The notes under the pieces: generated by a model
Told to the model about the DNA's origin: nothing
Seen by the model: the letters and a program-made list of their open reading frames with translations, nothing else
Databases searched by the model: none
Made by a program: the position numbers and the translations under genes
In this document: in pieces, positions 20,541 through 31,899 of the stretch
Layout: each line of letters begins with the position of its first letter
Position numbering within the stretch: the stretch's first letter is position 1
NCBI GenBank assembly: GCA_965205865.1
Contig: CBDBHR010000029.1
Coordinates: forward strand, 640,001 to 704,000
Length of the DNA: 64,000 nt
From: a bacterium
Lineage (GTDB): Bacteria; SAR324; NAC60-12
Direction: 5' to 3'

Positions 20541-21175
20541 TTTATGCGGCTATTACGGGAGCTACTAATACACCCTGCAGGAAGAGGGTCTCTCACTCAC
20601 TCATTAGACGAAGGGTCAAGTAAAAGATAAACTATTCCAACCACAAATCAGGTAACATTTTTGTACGAAACCCTCAGAATTCGCTGCTTCAAATTGTTAT
20701 AAACGCACCATCATTTTCATTCAATGGATCTATTTCCTTCCAGTCAGAAAACACTCCAGTCATTCATCGGGATCTAGGAGGACCGGTCATCTGGGTCATC
20801 CCCAGGCCAACTGGCCCCAGAAAAACGGATGTACCTGGTTGTGTCCAAGTGGTGATACAGGCTTTTAGCTCACGAATCAGATCGTGTCCATCCCCTTGAT
20901 GGCTCACAACCAGGGCGTTGCTCAATTAGTTCAGATTCATTTGAGGGGTGGGAGACCGGTTTCCAATCAGGCTTTTGGCTCATCGTCCACCCCCATTGCT
21001 GGTTCACGGTCTCCGATTTCAATCGGTTTGAGTCTTTATTGACTTATTTAAATCCTTGAATAACACAACAACAAAGGCCTGATAAACATCTAGCAGGAGG
21101 TGAGACATCGTCCCAGATTATGGTAATATTTATTTTTCACCCATAAATATTTTTACCATAACAAGGAGATGTCTC

Positions 21176-21760
21176 ATGAGAGAATTATATGCAGGAATTG
21201 ATTTACATTCAAACAATAATTACCTTTGTATCATTGATGAAGCGGATAAGCGGCTACATGAAGTGAAATCAGAGAATAATCTAAGGGCGGTTTTGTTTGC
21301 TCTGTTTCCTTATAAAGATGATTTAGTAGGAACGGTGGTGGAATCGACGTTCAATTGGTATTGGTTAATCGACGGACTGATGGAAGCGGGATATCAGGTT
21401 CATTTGGCCAATCCAGCTAAAAATGTTCAATATTCTGGACTGAAACATAGCAATGATAAATATGACGCTTTCTGGTTGGCTCATCTTCTGCGGCTTAATA
21501 TACTGGCGGAAGGTTATATTTATCCGAAAGAAGAGCGCGCGGTTCGAAATGAAAATAGTTCCCGCTGATCTTCCTTATATGCTTAAAAATGAGGACACGA
21601 TTATGGCCTTGGAGAGCAATCTCATGATGATCCATATTCTGAAGGAACGAATAAAACAGGTGGAAAAGCGGATTCGTCAACGGATCCAATTAAAACCAGA
21701 GTTTAAAAAATTGTTAACCGTCTCAGGGATCGGAACAATCCTCGCCTTAACCGTTTGGAA
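21176..21760 (+). pseudogene. IS110-family recombinase fragment (internal deletion, C-terminus missing)
   Basis: GIDLHS, VESTFNWYW, SNDKYDAFWLA, LLTVSGIG. Confidence 0.82.
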
Positions 21761-21872
21761 ACTGCATTGCGGTATCGGTTACTTATGCGGGTTGAGTGCT
21801 TCCTTGCCGTATGTCTTTCTGATAATCAAGACAATCCTTCCCTTGAATTTCGAATGTGAGATCGAAAATCTT

Positions 21873-22856
21873 TTATTGGGATCGGTACGCCAGAAGCATG
21901 GTATTGACGATACTGTGGATATCGCTGTTTTGCGCTTGCCAGTCCAATAGTTGATGAGCTTTTTGAGAATCTGCCACAACAATAGGAGGATCCCCGGACC
22001 TTCGCGGTCTTATTTGTACAGGGAAATCCACTTCTGAAAGATCTTTGCTCACCTGAAGCACTTGCATCACGCTCAAACCCAAGGACGCGCCCAAATTGAT
22101 AACCTCGCTTTTGTTCTCTTTTTCCAAGTAATGTAGGGCACGGACATGAGCATCGGCCAAATCGTTGACGTGGATATAGTCTCGAATTCCTGTACCATCA
22201 GGAGTATCAAAATCCTGACCAAAAACTGGAACGAATTCGCGTTTCCCCATGATGGTTTCCATAACTATAGGGAATAAATTTAGTGAATTTTGCTCCAGCC
22301 CTTTCACCCTTCCTTGCAAATCATAACCGGCAGCGTTGAAATAACGCAGACTGACCGAACGCAGTCCTCGCAGTCGATCATACCAATGTAAAAGTTGCTC
22401 GATTTCCAGCTTTGTATAGCCGTAAAAACTAATTGGATGCGTGGGGTGCTTTTCATCCATTGGTGTGTATTGAGGCAATCCATAAACAGCAGCTGATGAA
22501 GAAAAAATGATTTTTGCTATTCCAGCTTTGACTGTTGCATTTAAGAGATTGATCGTCCCTGTCAAGTTATTTATTGCATACTTTTCAGGGTATTGCATCG
22601 ATTCTCCCGTTGCTTTCAAAGCTGCAAGGTGGATGACCGCATCCATTTTCTGCAAAGCTTGTTGAATTTGAGCAGAAAAAAGAATATCTCCCTGGATGAA
22701 TGGGACTTCTGGAAAAAGATTCGTTTTCAAACCCGTACTTAAATTATCAAATACAATGGGCTGATGACCTGCGTCCAGTAATGCTTGTGTCACATGGCTT
22801 CCAATGTAGCCTGCTCCACCAACCACAAGGACTTGCAACGAGGAGGAATTGTTCAT
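21873..22856 (-). CDS. galE: UDP-glucose 4-epimerase
   Basis: GGAGYIGSH, FSSSAAVYG, YGYTK, LRYFNAAG, DGTGIRDYIHV. Confidence 0.93.
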   Translation of the reverse strand: MNNSSSLQVLVVGGAGYIGSHVTQALLDAGHQPIVFDNLSTGLKTNLFPEVPFIQGDILFSAQIQQALQKMDAVIHLAALKATGESMQYPEKYAINNLTGTINLLNATVKAGIAKIIFSSSAAVYGLPQYTPMDEKHPTHPISFYGYTKLEIEQLLHWYDRLRGLRSVSLRYFNAAGYDLQGRVKGLEQNSLNLFPIVMETIMGKREFVPVFGQDFDTPDGTGIRDYIHVNDLADAHVRALHYLEKENKSEVINLGASLGLSVMQVLQVSKDLSEVDFPVQIRPRRSGDPPIVVADSQKAHQLLDWQAQNSDIHSIVNTMLLAYRSQ

Positions 22857-22983
22857 TTCGGCACTTTCACTCTGAGTAATTTTATAACTATTTTACCTAT
22901 TCAGACCAAAGATTTTTATATGATCACGAAAGGAATGCCCAATCCGAAGGGAGTTTGCTTTATAGCCCAAGTACGAGTTTGAT

Positions 22984-25764
22984 TTGAACGATGCCATTTC
23001 TCTATTTTGCGTGTTTTCTATTTTTCTCATAATGAGGTATATTTTTATTTCAAAAGAAAGTAAAGAAAAGTATAGTACATTTTTCAGAGATAAATGGATG
23101 AGATTTTTGTTTGATTTGCTAAGGTGGATGAGAAAATGCGGGGATCAAAAAACCGGCCTCCGCTGGGAGATCTTTTTTTTATGGAGCCTTCTCATTTTCC
23201 CTGGTCCAATTCTCTTGGGACAAGAGACATCGGAGCAATTCATATCAACCAGATTGGGGACCTATTCCGTGAAACGCTCCCCTCCCACCTTGAGCAATCT
23301 TAAAACCATTCCTCTATTCGCAGATATTGCTCCCAGATTTCCAAATAGACCCTCTTGGCGCGAAACTGCAAATCCTCCAGGATTTATTTTTTTTGCCAAC
23401 GCTGAAGATCTGTATCAATCGGCACTTGACCGTTATAATAAAAGGGAGTTGCGCAATAGCCTGGATGAATTTGATGAAACGATTCAAAAATTTCCGGAAA
23501 GCCAATTTTACCAGGCAAGCTTATTTTGGAAATCCCAGATTTATATCCTGCTTAAACAATATGATGATGCTCAAAAAATCTTGCTACAAATCATAGAAGA
23601 CGGAAAACATTCGGAATACTTGCTGCGAAGTGCGCATATCCAGATTTGGCTCACTCTTTTTCGGGGAGACGCTCGTCAAGCAATCGACTATGCGAATCAA
23701 TACACTCAAACCATTCTAATGCCTGAAATTCTTGAAGAAATATTGCCTCTCCAAATCTTCGCCTATCTTAAAGAAAATCAGCATGTCGAAGCACTGAATT
23801 CCTTGTTGAAACTGCAGGAGCAATTTCCTCAGAACTCCCAATACTTTGAAAATACAGTTCAAATCGCGCAACTTTACCACCGACTCCAACAGTGGGACCC
23901 CGTCGACCCCCTGATTCAATCAGTCCACTCGCGTTTTAGAAACCATCATCAAATGGAACATTTGCTCTTGATCGGTTTATCCAGTGATCTACAAAGAAAG
24001 AATTGGCAAGCGGCCCAACAGAAATTGAGTTGGATGGAAGAAAATGTCATTCAAAAAAGAGACCTCTTTGCGCAAGGGTTTTTCTACTTCAATTTATGGC
24101 AGAATAATCCCGATCAGGCTGGACTGGGGTTGGACCAATTTTCCACGGACCAATTGAAAAGTGAAAATTTGCGTTTTCTGTTTCACTATGCTTTTGACAA
24201 GCAATGGTTCACCTTTCTAACTAATTTTGATTATGATGAATCCCTTATTTCAAAATGGGGACTGAATGCCCATTGGATTCTAGGATATGCTCATGACCAG
24301 TTGAAAGTACATGAAGAAGCTCATTTGGAATATCAAAAGGCTCTATCCTACGTGAAACAACCAGCTTGGAAAGAAAAACTGTCCTTTTATTTAGCATCCC
24401 TCGAGTTGCAAACCAATAATTTTGAAAAAGCCAGTAACCGACTGAATAGAATGTTGATTGATTACCAACAATCTCCGAAAAAATCGGAATATGTCTTTTG
24501 GTATGGCATCGCTCAGGGAGAATTAGGATCCTCCATGGTGCCTCTTATTCTCAAACAGGTCAATCCTACGCATGAAAGATTGGATGACAGCTTCTTTTAC
24601 CTGCAGCGTTTCTACCATGACGAACAAAATTGGGAGCGAACACGCTTTTATTTCAAAAAATTGATTTCATCCTTTCCTCAGACCCCATTTTTGTTGGATG
24701 CTTATTACTATCATGCAGACGCATTGTTTGCCATCCAACAGTATGAAGATGCAAACCAGGTATTGGAAGATTGGCGAAAAATGCAGCCTCGCGAAGAAAT
24801 GCCAACATCAATGAGAGTACTCTGGGTTCGTGTTCTGATGGAACTGAGACAGTTTTCGGAAGCCAACCTGTTATTGGAGCAGATAGAAGCCAGTGCTTTG
24901 AGTTTTGAAATGATTCAATTGAAAATCCGGTCCCTTATGGAACTGGGACGATTTGAAGCCGTGGTGGAAACCATTACCCATGTTTTGGAACGATCCTGGA
25001 ATGCGGAGCAATTGGGCTATCTCTATTTCACACGTGCCGAATCGGCTTATGTTTTGCCACATTCGGAGCAGACTATTCAGTTTTATCGTCAAGCACTCGA
25101 ATATAATCTCCATGGCGATGTGCGTTATCTCTATCATAAACTGGCAAAATTGACTTATGTTACCGGGAATTATGTGGAGTTTTTAGAATCGAGTGAAAAG
25201 GTTTTGCAAGGTCCGCCGGATCAGATGAGTGTCAATGTTCTCATTCTTCTCATCGAATATTATTTCCAATCGGGAAACAAAAACCGGGAACAGCAATATT
25301 TGCAAACATTGGCCATGAATTATGAACTTCAATTGAGCCGAGGTCCATTTTCTCCCTCAGCTAAAGCCGAGATACTCTTCGAATTGGCGATCGTGAAAAA
25401 AAGATTGGATTTGTATCAGGAAGCACATCAACTTTTGGATCAAATATTGGCCCTGGATGATTCGAATATACCCTCTTTTGACGTACTTAAAGAAAAAGGT
25501 GACATCGCGCTCCTGGCCAAACAATTCAATCAGGCAGCTGCCCTTTTTTTGAAAGTAATTTATCTGGATGCGAATGCTCAACCTGTTGAAAAATTCAATC
25601 TCCTCAGAAAAATTGCTTTTAGTTATGAACAAGTAAAAAAATTCAAGCAAGCCGAATCGGTTTACCAAAAGATGTTGCAGGAATTCGAAGATCAAGACCT
25701 TCAGAAACAAGCCAGAGATTACCTGGAAAGATTGAAAGTTTTTCCACGTGAAACACAAGAATGA
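22984..25764 (+). CDS. Large tetratricopeptide-repeat protein (start uncertain, probably downstream)
   Basis: Repeated helical TPR-like motifs (FPESQF..SLFWKS; FPQTPF..AYYYHA); stop overlaps cmk start. Confidence 0.75.
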   Translation: MNDAISLFCVFSIFLIMRYIFISKESKEKYSTFFRDKWMRFLFDLLRWMRKCGDQKTGLRWEIFFLWSLLIFPGPILLGQETSEQFISTRLGTYSVKRSPPTLSNLKTIPLFADIAPRFPNRPSWRETANPPGFIFFANAEDLYQSALDRYNKRELRNSLDEFDETIQKFPESQFYQASLFWKSQIYILLKQYDDAQKILLQIIEDGKHSEYLLRSAHIQIWLTLFRGDARQAIDYANQYTQTILMPEILEEILPLQIFAYLKENQHVEALNSLLKLQEQFPQNSQYFENTVQIAQLYHRLQQWDPVDPLIQSVHSRFRNHHQMEHLLLIGLSSDLQRKNWQAAQQKLSWMEENVIQKRDLFAQGFFYFNLWQNNPDQAGLGLDQFSTDQLKSENLRFLFHYAFDKQWFTFLTNFDYDESLISKWGLNAHWILGYAHDQLKVHEEAHLEYQKALSYVKQPAWKEKLSFYLASLELQTNNFEKASNRLNRMLIDYQQSPKKSEYVFWYGIAQGELGSSMVPLILKQVNPTHERLDDSFFYLQRFYHDEQNWERTRFYFKKLISSFPQTPFLLDAYYYHADALFAIQQYEDANQVLEDWRKMQPREEMPTSMRVLWVRVLMELRQFSEANLLLEQIEASALSFEMIQLKIRSLMELGRFEAVVETITHVLERSWNAEQLGYLYFTRAESAYVLPHSEQTIQFYRQALEYNLHGDVRYLYHKLAKLTYVTGNYVEFLESSEKVLQGPPDQMSVNVLILLIEYYFQSGNKNREQQYLQTLAMNYELQLSRGPFSPSAKAEILFELAIVKKRLDLYQEAHQLLDQILALDDSNIPSFDVLKEKGDIALLAKQFNQAAALFLKVIYLDANAQPVEKFNLLRKIAFSYEQVKKFKQAESVYQKMLQEFEDQDLQKQARDYLERLKVFPRETQE

Positions 25765-26432
25765 CGGATTTTAAAATCATTGCAATTGATGGTCCCACTG
25801 GAAGTGGAAAAAGCACCATTGCCCGGCTTTTGGCTCAGGAAAAACAATTTCTTTATGTGGACACTGGGGCCATGTTTCGATGTCTGGCATATGTTTGGAA
25901 ACGGCAAGGGATGAATGAGAGCGAAGCGGCATTGCAACAATTAGAGCTGGACACAAACATTCGATTTGAGCCAAGGGGTAGAGTCTTCTGCAACGGCGTG
26001 GATATCAGCCATGCAATTCGAAAAGAAGAAATCTCGCAGATGGCGTCACAGATCAGTCGATTTTCCGGGATTCGATTCAATATGAAAGAACGGCAGCGTC
26101 AAATTGTAGAAGATGCCAAAGGGGCTGGAAAATACGAGGGAGCCGTTCTAGAAGGTCGTGATATAGGGACAGTCGTTTTTCCCGATGCAACGTTTAAGTT
26201 TTTTTTAGACGGAGATCAAGGTGTTCGAGCCCAACGTCGTCACCAACAGTTGCTGACCCAAGGAGAAGATCTACCCTATGAAAAAATTTTCAATGCTTTG
26301 GAAATCCGTGATGCCCAAGACAGTACTCGTGAGCTTGCCCCCTTGCTGCCTGCCAAAGATGCAATCCACGTGGATTCTACTCATTTGTCTATTCCGGAAG
26401 TACTGAAAACGATCAGTGAGCGAATCAATTGA
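25761..26432 (+). CDS. cmk: Cytidylate kinase
   Basis: IAIDGPTGSGKST, DTGAMFR, EGRDIGTVVFPDA. Confidence 0.95.
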   Translation: MTDFKIIAIDGPTGSGKSTIARLLAQEKQFLYVDTGAMFRCLAYVWKRQGMNESEAALQQLELDTNIRFEPRGRVFCNGVDISHAIRKEEISQMASQISRFSGIRFNMKERQRQIVEDAKGAGKYEGAVLEGRDIGTVVFPDATFKFFLDGDQGVRAQRRHQQLLTQGEDLPYEKIFNALEIRDAQDSTRELAPLLPAKDAIHVDSTHLSIPEVLKTISERIN

Positions 26433-26510
26433 TTCCGGAATTTTTTTAGTTGTGATCTTTCCCGTGAATTTTATCATTATCCTCACTATTATCTTCCTCT
26501 TGAGAAAGTC

Positions 26511-27719
26511 ATGAAAGCCGTGATATTGGCCGCAAATCGAAGTGAGCGGCTCAGCCCATTCACTGAAACTCGGCCCAAACCAATGATCCGCATTGCCGGA
26601 AAATATATCTTGGAAAGCACCATTGAATTTTTAAAAGAAGTGGGGATTCGGGACATTCTCTTGGTAGTCAATTATAAAAAGGAGATGATACGAGATTATT
26701 TTGCCCATGGGGATCATTTTGGAGTCAATATAGAATATGTGTTTCAGGAATCGATCGAAGGGATTGGACATGCATTGCGCTTATGTGAAGCGGCTTTAGG
26801 CAGTCTTGAACCATTTCTTTTGGTTTATGGAGACGTGCTGGCCGATGGCAACATCTTTCATGAAGCTCTGAAAGTCCACTACGAAACGGGAAATGATTTG
26901 GCCGTTGTGACATTGCCTCCTTCTTCTGAAGAATTTGGCAATGTATACTTGGATCACGAAATGAAAATCCGCCGCCTTATTGAAAAACCTCGGGAAGGCC
27001 AGCGGGCCAATTATGTGTTTTCCGGAATTTTTGTGCTTTCTTCTTGCGTTTTCCGACACTTGGTGACGTATCAAAACGATATGGAGCAATGCTTTCAGGC
27101 ATTGATTCGCGACAATGGACTGCAGGCAACACTATGGGAAAATGGATGGATCGATATCATTTATCCGTGGCATATCTTGGAAGCCAATAAGATGATGATG
27201 AATCTTTGGCAGGAAGCCCGAGTTCATGATTCGGTACGCATGAAAGGACAAGTTCATCTGGAAGGACCTCTCATTGTTGAGAAAAATGTGGTGATTGAAT
27301 CCGGCACTATTCTTCAAGGCCCTTGTTACATTGGACAGAATTCCTATGTGGGAAACAATAGTTTGCTACGCCACTATAGTGTCTTGGGTCCCGATTCAAT
27401 TATCGGTTATGGCTGTGAATTGAAAAATTGTGTTTTGCTGGGAGCCAATTCCGTCGGAAGACTGTCTTTTGTGGGGGATAGCGTCGTGGGAGAGAACGTG
27501 AAACTGGGATCAGGGATTACTACAGTCAATCATTGGTCTGATTTTTTAGAAATCGATTATACCTCTCATGGCAAGACAGTCAACTCCAGACTGAAAAAGC
27601 TCGGTTCTTTTATAGGTGACAACGTGATCATTGGTGCCCGGCATACCCTCGCTCCGGGGACTGCCATTCAGCCGAATGAAGTGATTCCTAATAATCTCTC
27701 TCTTCCCTCTAATCGTTAG
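26511..27719 (+). CDS. Bifunctional sugar-1-phosphate nucleotidylyltransferase/acetyltransferase (archaeal GlmU-like)
   Basis: MKAVILAA..RLSPFTETRPKPM; C-terminal hexapeptide repeats; directly upstream of glmS. Confidence 0.82.
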   Translation: MKAVILAANRSERLSPFTETRPKPMIRIAGKYILESTIEFLKEVGIRDILLVVNYKKEMIRDYFAHGDHFGVNIEYVFQESIEGIGHALRLCEAALGSLEPFLLVYGDVLADGNIFHEALKVHYETGNDLAVVTLPPSSEEFGNVYLDHEMKIRRLIEKPREGQRANYVFSGIFVLSSCVFRHLVTYQNDMEQCFQALIRDNGLQATLWENGWIDIIYPWHILEANKMMMNLWQEARVHDSVRMKGQVHLEGPLIVEKNVVIESGTILQGPCYIGQNSYVGNNSLLRHYSVLGPDSIIGYGCELKNCVLLGANSVGRLSFVGDSVVGENVKLGSGITTVNHWSDFLEIDYTSHGKTVNSRLKKLGSFIGDNVIIGARHTLAPGTAIQPNEVIPNNLSLPSNR

Positions 27720-27728
27720 GGAACATTT

Positions 27729-29549
27729 ATGTGTGGAATTAGCGGGATCGTCAGTACGAACAATATTGCGAAAGATTTATTGAGTTCAATCCGTAATTTG
27801 GAATATCGGGGATATGACTCGTGCGGGATGGCTACCTTCAAGAATGGAAAAATTCTTACAAAAAAAAACACAGGGACGGTTGATGAAGTCGATAAAAAGG
27901 AACAACTGAGTCTAATGACGGGCACGGTGGGCATTGCTCATACACGCTGGGCAACTCATGGCGGGGTGACTCAAGATAACTCTCATCCGCACTTTTCGGC
28001 CAATGAGGAGTTTGCCATTGTGCATAATGGCATTTTTACCAATTATCAAGAATTGAAAGAGAAACTCCTCGGGGAAGGCACGATTTTTCGATCGATGACT
28101 GATTCGGAAGTTTTTGCTCATTTGATCGAACGGGCTTATAAGCAATGCCATAATGTGGAAGAAGCCTTTGTCACAGCTCTCAATCAAGTCGAAGGAGCCT
28201 TTGCTACGGCAATGCTCACCGTTCATCAACCCGAGTATCTGTATTGCGCAAAAAATATCTCCCCTTTGATTTTAGGCATGGGTGAGGACCGTCATTATAT
28301 TGGATCCGATATCAATGCATTTCTCGAATTCACCAAGACCGCGATCTCCCTTGATGACGACGATTACGCCATTCTCAGCAAAGATCAGTATTGGATCAAA
28401 AATGCGAAAACCCGGCGACCCGTCCAAAAACAAACCTTTACCATTAATTGGGATATAGAAACGACGAAAAAAGGTGGCTATTCTCACTATATGCTCAAAG
28501 AAATTTTTGACCAACCCCACACTGCCAAGCAAGCATTGAAAATAGAAATAAGAAAAATCAGGAAAATGGCGGCCATGGTCCAACAGTCTCGGCAATGCTT
28601 TTTGGTAGGTGTGGGAACTACTTTTTACGTGGCGATGGTCGGACAGTATTTATTTACTCAATTCGCCAGACGCTATCTGCCTGCTGTGAGCTCGGATGAA
28701 TTCCAAGATAATGCCATTCTGACAAAAGCCGATATGATGCTGACCGTTTCTCAATCAGGAGAAACCTATGATACTAAAATGGCTATCAACTTTGCCCGAA
28801 CTCAACAGACTAAAACTGCGGCAATCGTCAATGTGATGGGTTCTGCCATCAGTATGATGGTCGATCATGTCATCATGCAGGACTCTGGCGCGGAAATATG
28901 CGTGGTCTCCACGAAAGCCGCCTTTTCCCAGATGATCATACTATTGCGAATTGTACTGGAACTGGCTCTCACTGAAACGCAACTATCCCCAAGCGACTAT
29001 GAAAAATATTGTAATATTCTCAGTGAATTTCCTGAAATCATTGAAACGGCTTTGAATGAACAATCCGGATTCATTCGCAATATGGCCCGTCAATCCAGTC
29101 AAGTGCATAACTGGTTGTTTCTTGGTTGTGGAATTTATTACCCGATTGCTATGGAATCCGCCTTGAAAATGAAAGAAGTGACGTATCTACATTCAGAAGG
29201 AATGTCGACTGGTTTTCTGAAACATGGCACCCTCGCCATGATAGATGATTCTTTGTATTCTTTGTTTTTTATCCCCCCTCCTGAACAACAGGAATTGCAC
29301 CATCGTACCCTGGTCGCTGTGGAAGAAATCAAAGCGCGGGGAGGGACTGTATTGGGATTTGTTTTTGATGGGGATAGTAAAGCAATCGCCTTGCTGGATC
29401 ATTGGATCCAATTGCCTCGAGTACATTATTTGGTCGCTCCTTTCTTGCAATTGATTATGGCACAACTTTTTGCCTACTATACCGCTTTGGATTTAGGTCG
29501 TAATATCGACAAACCCAGAAATTTGGCCAAATCCGTCACCGTAGCTTAA
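27729..29549 (+). CDS. glmS: Glutamine--fructose-6-phosphate transaminase
   Basis: MCGI, LEYRGYDS, HTRWATHG, SQSGET, PRNLAKSVTV. Confidence 0.96.
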   Translation: MCGISGIVSTNNIAKDLLSSIRNLEYRGYDSCGMATFKNGKILTKKNTGTVDEVDKKEQLSLMTGTVGIAHTRWATHGGVTQDNSHPHFSANEEFAIVHNGIFTNYQELKEKLLGEGTIFRSMTDSEVFAHLIERAYKQCHNVEEAFVTALNQVEGAFATAMLTVHQPEYLYCAKNISPLILGMGEDRHYIGSDINAFLEFTKTAISLDDDDYAILSKDQYWIKNAKTRRPVQKQTFTINWDIETTKKGGYSHYMLKEIFDQPHTAKQALKIEIRKIRKMAAMVQQSRQCFLVGVGTTFYVAMVGQYLFTQFARRYLPAVSSDEFQDNAILTKADMMLTVSQSGETYDTKMAINFARTQQTKTAAIVNVMGSAISMMVDHVIMQDSGAEICVVSTKAAFSQMIILLRIVLELALTETQLSPSDYEKYCNILSEFPEIIETALNEQSGFIRNMARQSSQVHNWLFLGCGIYYPIAMESALKMKEVTYLHSEGMSTGFLKHGTLAMIDDSLYSLFFIPPPEQQELHHRTLVAVEEIKARGGTVLGFVFDGDSKAIALLDHWIQLPRVHYLVAPFLQLIMAQLFAYYTALDLGRNIDKPRNLAKSVTVA

Positions 29550-30017
29550 AGCCTTCCCTATCCCTTCCTCACTCTCGAGTTTCGATACGTCTCCCTAAAA
29601 ATTCGTAATTTTGACGAATAAATGCTTTCTTTGGACCGGTTTTTATATTGATTACAAATAAACCCCTTTTGAAAGATTGAGGAAATGGAAATGTTCCCTG
29701 CCGCTCTATTTTTTCCCTTCGGACAAATGACAAAAATCGTGATTGCTTGATTTGAAACTGGCCATGCTCCATTTTTTCTGAACGTTCAGAAAAAAAGGAT
29801 GCCGGAGAAGATCAATGCGCAATTGTCGAATGGAAGCGAATGTTTGCGATTAACCCTCTGTCGTTGATAAAAATCCTAAGTCCGCAAAAATTATGGCTTC
29901 TAAAATCGACGCTGCGGTTTTTTTTTGTAAATAACCTGAGTTCGAGATAAGAATTTAATAAATTCAATATGTTATGGAATCTTCATATCTTAGAGTAACC
30001 TTGTCATTCCTGCGAAA

Positions 30018-31754
30018 CAGGCTGTTGCAGATTTTATTTGCTTTTTCCAGGTGGATTTTGCTACACTTTTCATAGTCTAGTATCTGGTTTGAGTCCACTT
30101 TTCATATAACCATAGTAAAAATGGATTTCTATTATGGGTTTTCTGAGTAATGATCGTTCCACCCTCCAATTATCCACCACCGATTTGAACCACTTGATCC
30201 CGGATAACGATAAATGCCGTTTTGTGGTAGATTTCGTTTCCCGCTTGGATTTATCCTCGCTTTATGGCTCCTACAAATCGCAAGGGGGGGATGCCTATGA
30301 TCCGGCGATTCTGTTAGCGACCTGGTTTTATGCCTACAGTGAAGGCATTGAGAGTAGTCGTGTTTTGGAGAAACTTTGTAAACGCGATCTTTGTTATATC
30401 TATGTTTCAGCGCATCTGACCCCCGACCACTGTGCCTTGAGCCGGTTCCGTCGTCGTCATTTGCAACGCCTGCCCTTCTATTTTGAGCAATTGATTCAAA
30501 TGGCCATTGATCAGCAGGTCTCCGGTTTCGCTGAAATAAACCTTGACGGTTCGAAGCTGAAAACCTCTGCCAGTAAGAAACGCTCGAAAAATGCAGAACA
30601 ATTAGAACGTCTTTTAGAAAAAACGCGTCAATCGATCGCCTCCCCTCTAAATTGCGAGTCTGAAGATCATCAAGGCGATGAAGAAGACTTAGCCGCCCTT
30701 CGTGGCGAAAAAGCCCGTCTTGAGCAATTCGAAGCAACGATTCTCCAATCTCAGCAAGATCTTCAAGCGCGTCAGCAAACCCTCAAACCCGAACATCGGG
30801 ATGGCCATAAGATCAATCTGACCGATGCCGACGCACGCATGATGCCCTCGATTAACACACCCGGTTATAATGTGCAGGCAGCCGTCGATCGTGCCACTCA
30901 TCTGATTGTGGCCGCTGAGGTGGTCTGCGAAGCCAACGATACCCAACAATTTGCGCCGATGCATCAACAGGCAGAAACCCACCTTCCCGAAGATCGGCAA
31001 CGTCGTTATAATATGGATGCCGGTTATCATAGTTTTGAGCAACTCAACTATATCGAGCAGCATCAGATTGATGCCGTCATTGCCGACCCGCAACCGCAAA
31101 ATAGAGCCAACCCTCTCCAGCCGACCCCCCTGGAAGAATTACTGCAAAACGATCGAAAGCTCGAACGTTCTGATTTTTTCTTCGATGCAAAAAATGATGT
31201 CTATCAGTGTCCCAATGGGCAACAGCTCTCCTTTCAGCGTAACTTCAAGCGGGGCCAGGCCCAAGGGAGCACCTATCAGGCCCCATCCTGTGAAGATTGT
31301 CCCCTCGCTCAGCGGTGTCTGCCCCCGAAGAATCGCTCGCGACTCAAACAGATCCATCGCCAAGAGCGCGAGCCCTACGCCGAAGCCATGCGCAATAAAT
31401 TGCAAACCCCAGAAGCCAAACAACGACTCAAAACGCGCATGAGTACCGTCGAACCGGTCTTCGGCAACTTGAAGGCCAATCTCGGTTTTACCTCATTTCG
31501 ATTTCGAGGGCAGAGACAAGTCAAAGGCGAATTTATGCTCATGGCCATTGCTCACAACCTCAATATTCTCTATCGCCTCCTTGAGGTGATTCGATTGATT
31601 CGCTTTCTCTACGCTTCATACGCAAAGGTTTATATGATTCTAACAATTTTAAAGATCAAAAACCATTTCATCATTATGATGAGAATTGGGATCATACCCC
31701 GTTCTCACTGATTGTATGACCCGTTATGCAGGCAAAAAAATCTGCAACAGCCTG
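30018..31754 (+). mobile_element. IS1182-family insertion sequence
   Basis: 18-bp TIR CAGGCTGTTGCAGATTTT / AAAATCTGCAACAGCCTG; 4-bp TSD GAAA. Confidence 0.92.
30134..31711 (+). CDS. IS1182-family transposase
   Basis: AYDPAILL..SSRVLE, LDGSKL, TDADARMM, GYNVQ, DAGY, VEPVFGNLK. Confidence 0.92.
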   Translation: MGFLSNDRSTLQLSTTDLNHLIPDNDKCRFVVDFVSRLDLSSLYGSYKSQGGDAYDPAILLATWFYAYSEGIESSRVLEKLCKRDLCYIYVSAHLTPDHCALSRFRRRHLQRLPFYFEQLIQMAIDQQVSGFAEINLDGSKLKTSASKKRSKNAEQLERLLEKTRQSIASPLNCESEDHQGDEEDLAALRGEKARLEQFEATILQSQQDLQARQQTLKPEHRDGHKINLTDADARMMPSINTPGYNVQAAVDRATHLIVAAEVVCEANDTQQFAPMHQQAETHLPEDRQRRYNMDAGYHSFEQLNYIEQHQIDAVIADPQPQNRANPLQPTPLEELLQNDRKLERSDFFFDAKNDVYQCPNGQQLSFQRNFKRGQAQGSTYQAPSCEDCPLAQRCLPPKNRSRLKQIHRQEREPYAEAMRNKLQTPEAKQRLKTRMSTVEPVFGNLKANLGFTSFRFRGQRQVKGEFMLMAIAHNLNILYRLLEVIRLIRFLYASYAKVYMILTILKIKNHFIIMMRIGIIPRSH

Positions 31755-31899
31755 GAAAGCAGGAATCCAGAGGTATGCAGCCAGACTGAAATCTGGATCC
31801 CCGCATTCGCGAGGATGACATATACACTAGGATACTCATATTATTAAATTCTTATCTCGAACTCAGGTTAAATATTTATCTGAACATGCTAAAAATTTT

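Larger units (their letters stand above)
30003..31819. repeat. REP/RPE-like palindrome interrupted by IS1182
   Basis: GTCATTCCTGCGAAA|GCAGGAATCCAG...CTGGATCCCCGCATTCGCGAGGATGAC. Confidence 0.75.
29934..31868. mobile_element. MITE-like element (~195 bp when empty) hosting a palindrome and IS1182
   Basis: Perfect 28-bp TIR ACCTGAGTTCGAGATAAGAATTTAATAA; TAAATA duplicated at 29928-29933 and 31869-31874. Confidence 0.8.

Noticed and set aside
20541-21060. Possible decayed coding fragments
   Set aside because: No confident motif or sustained reading frame
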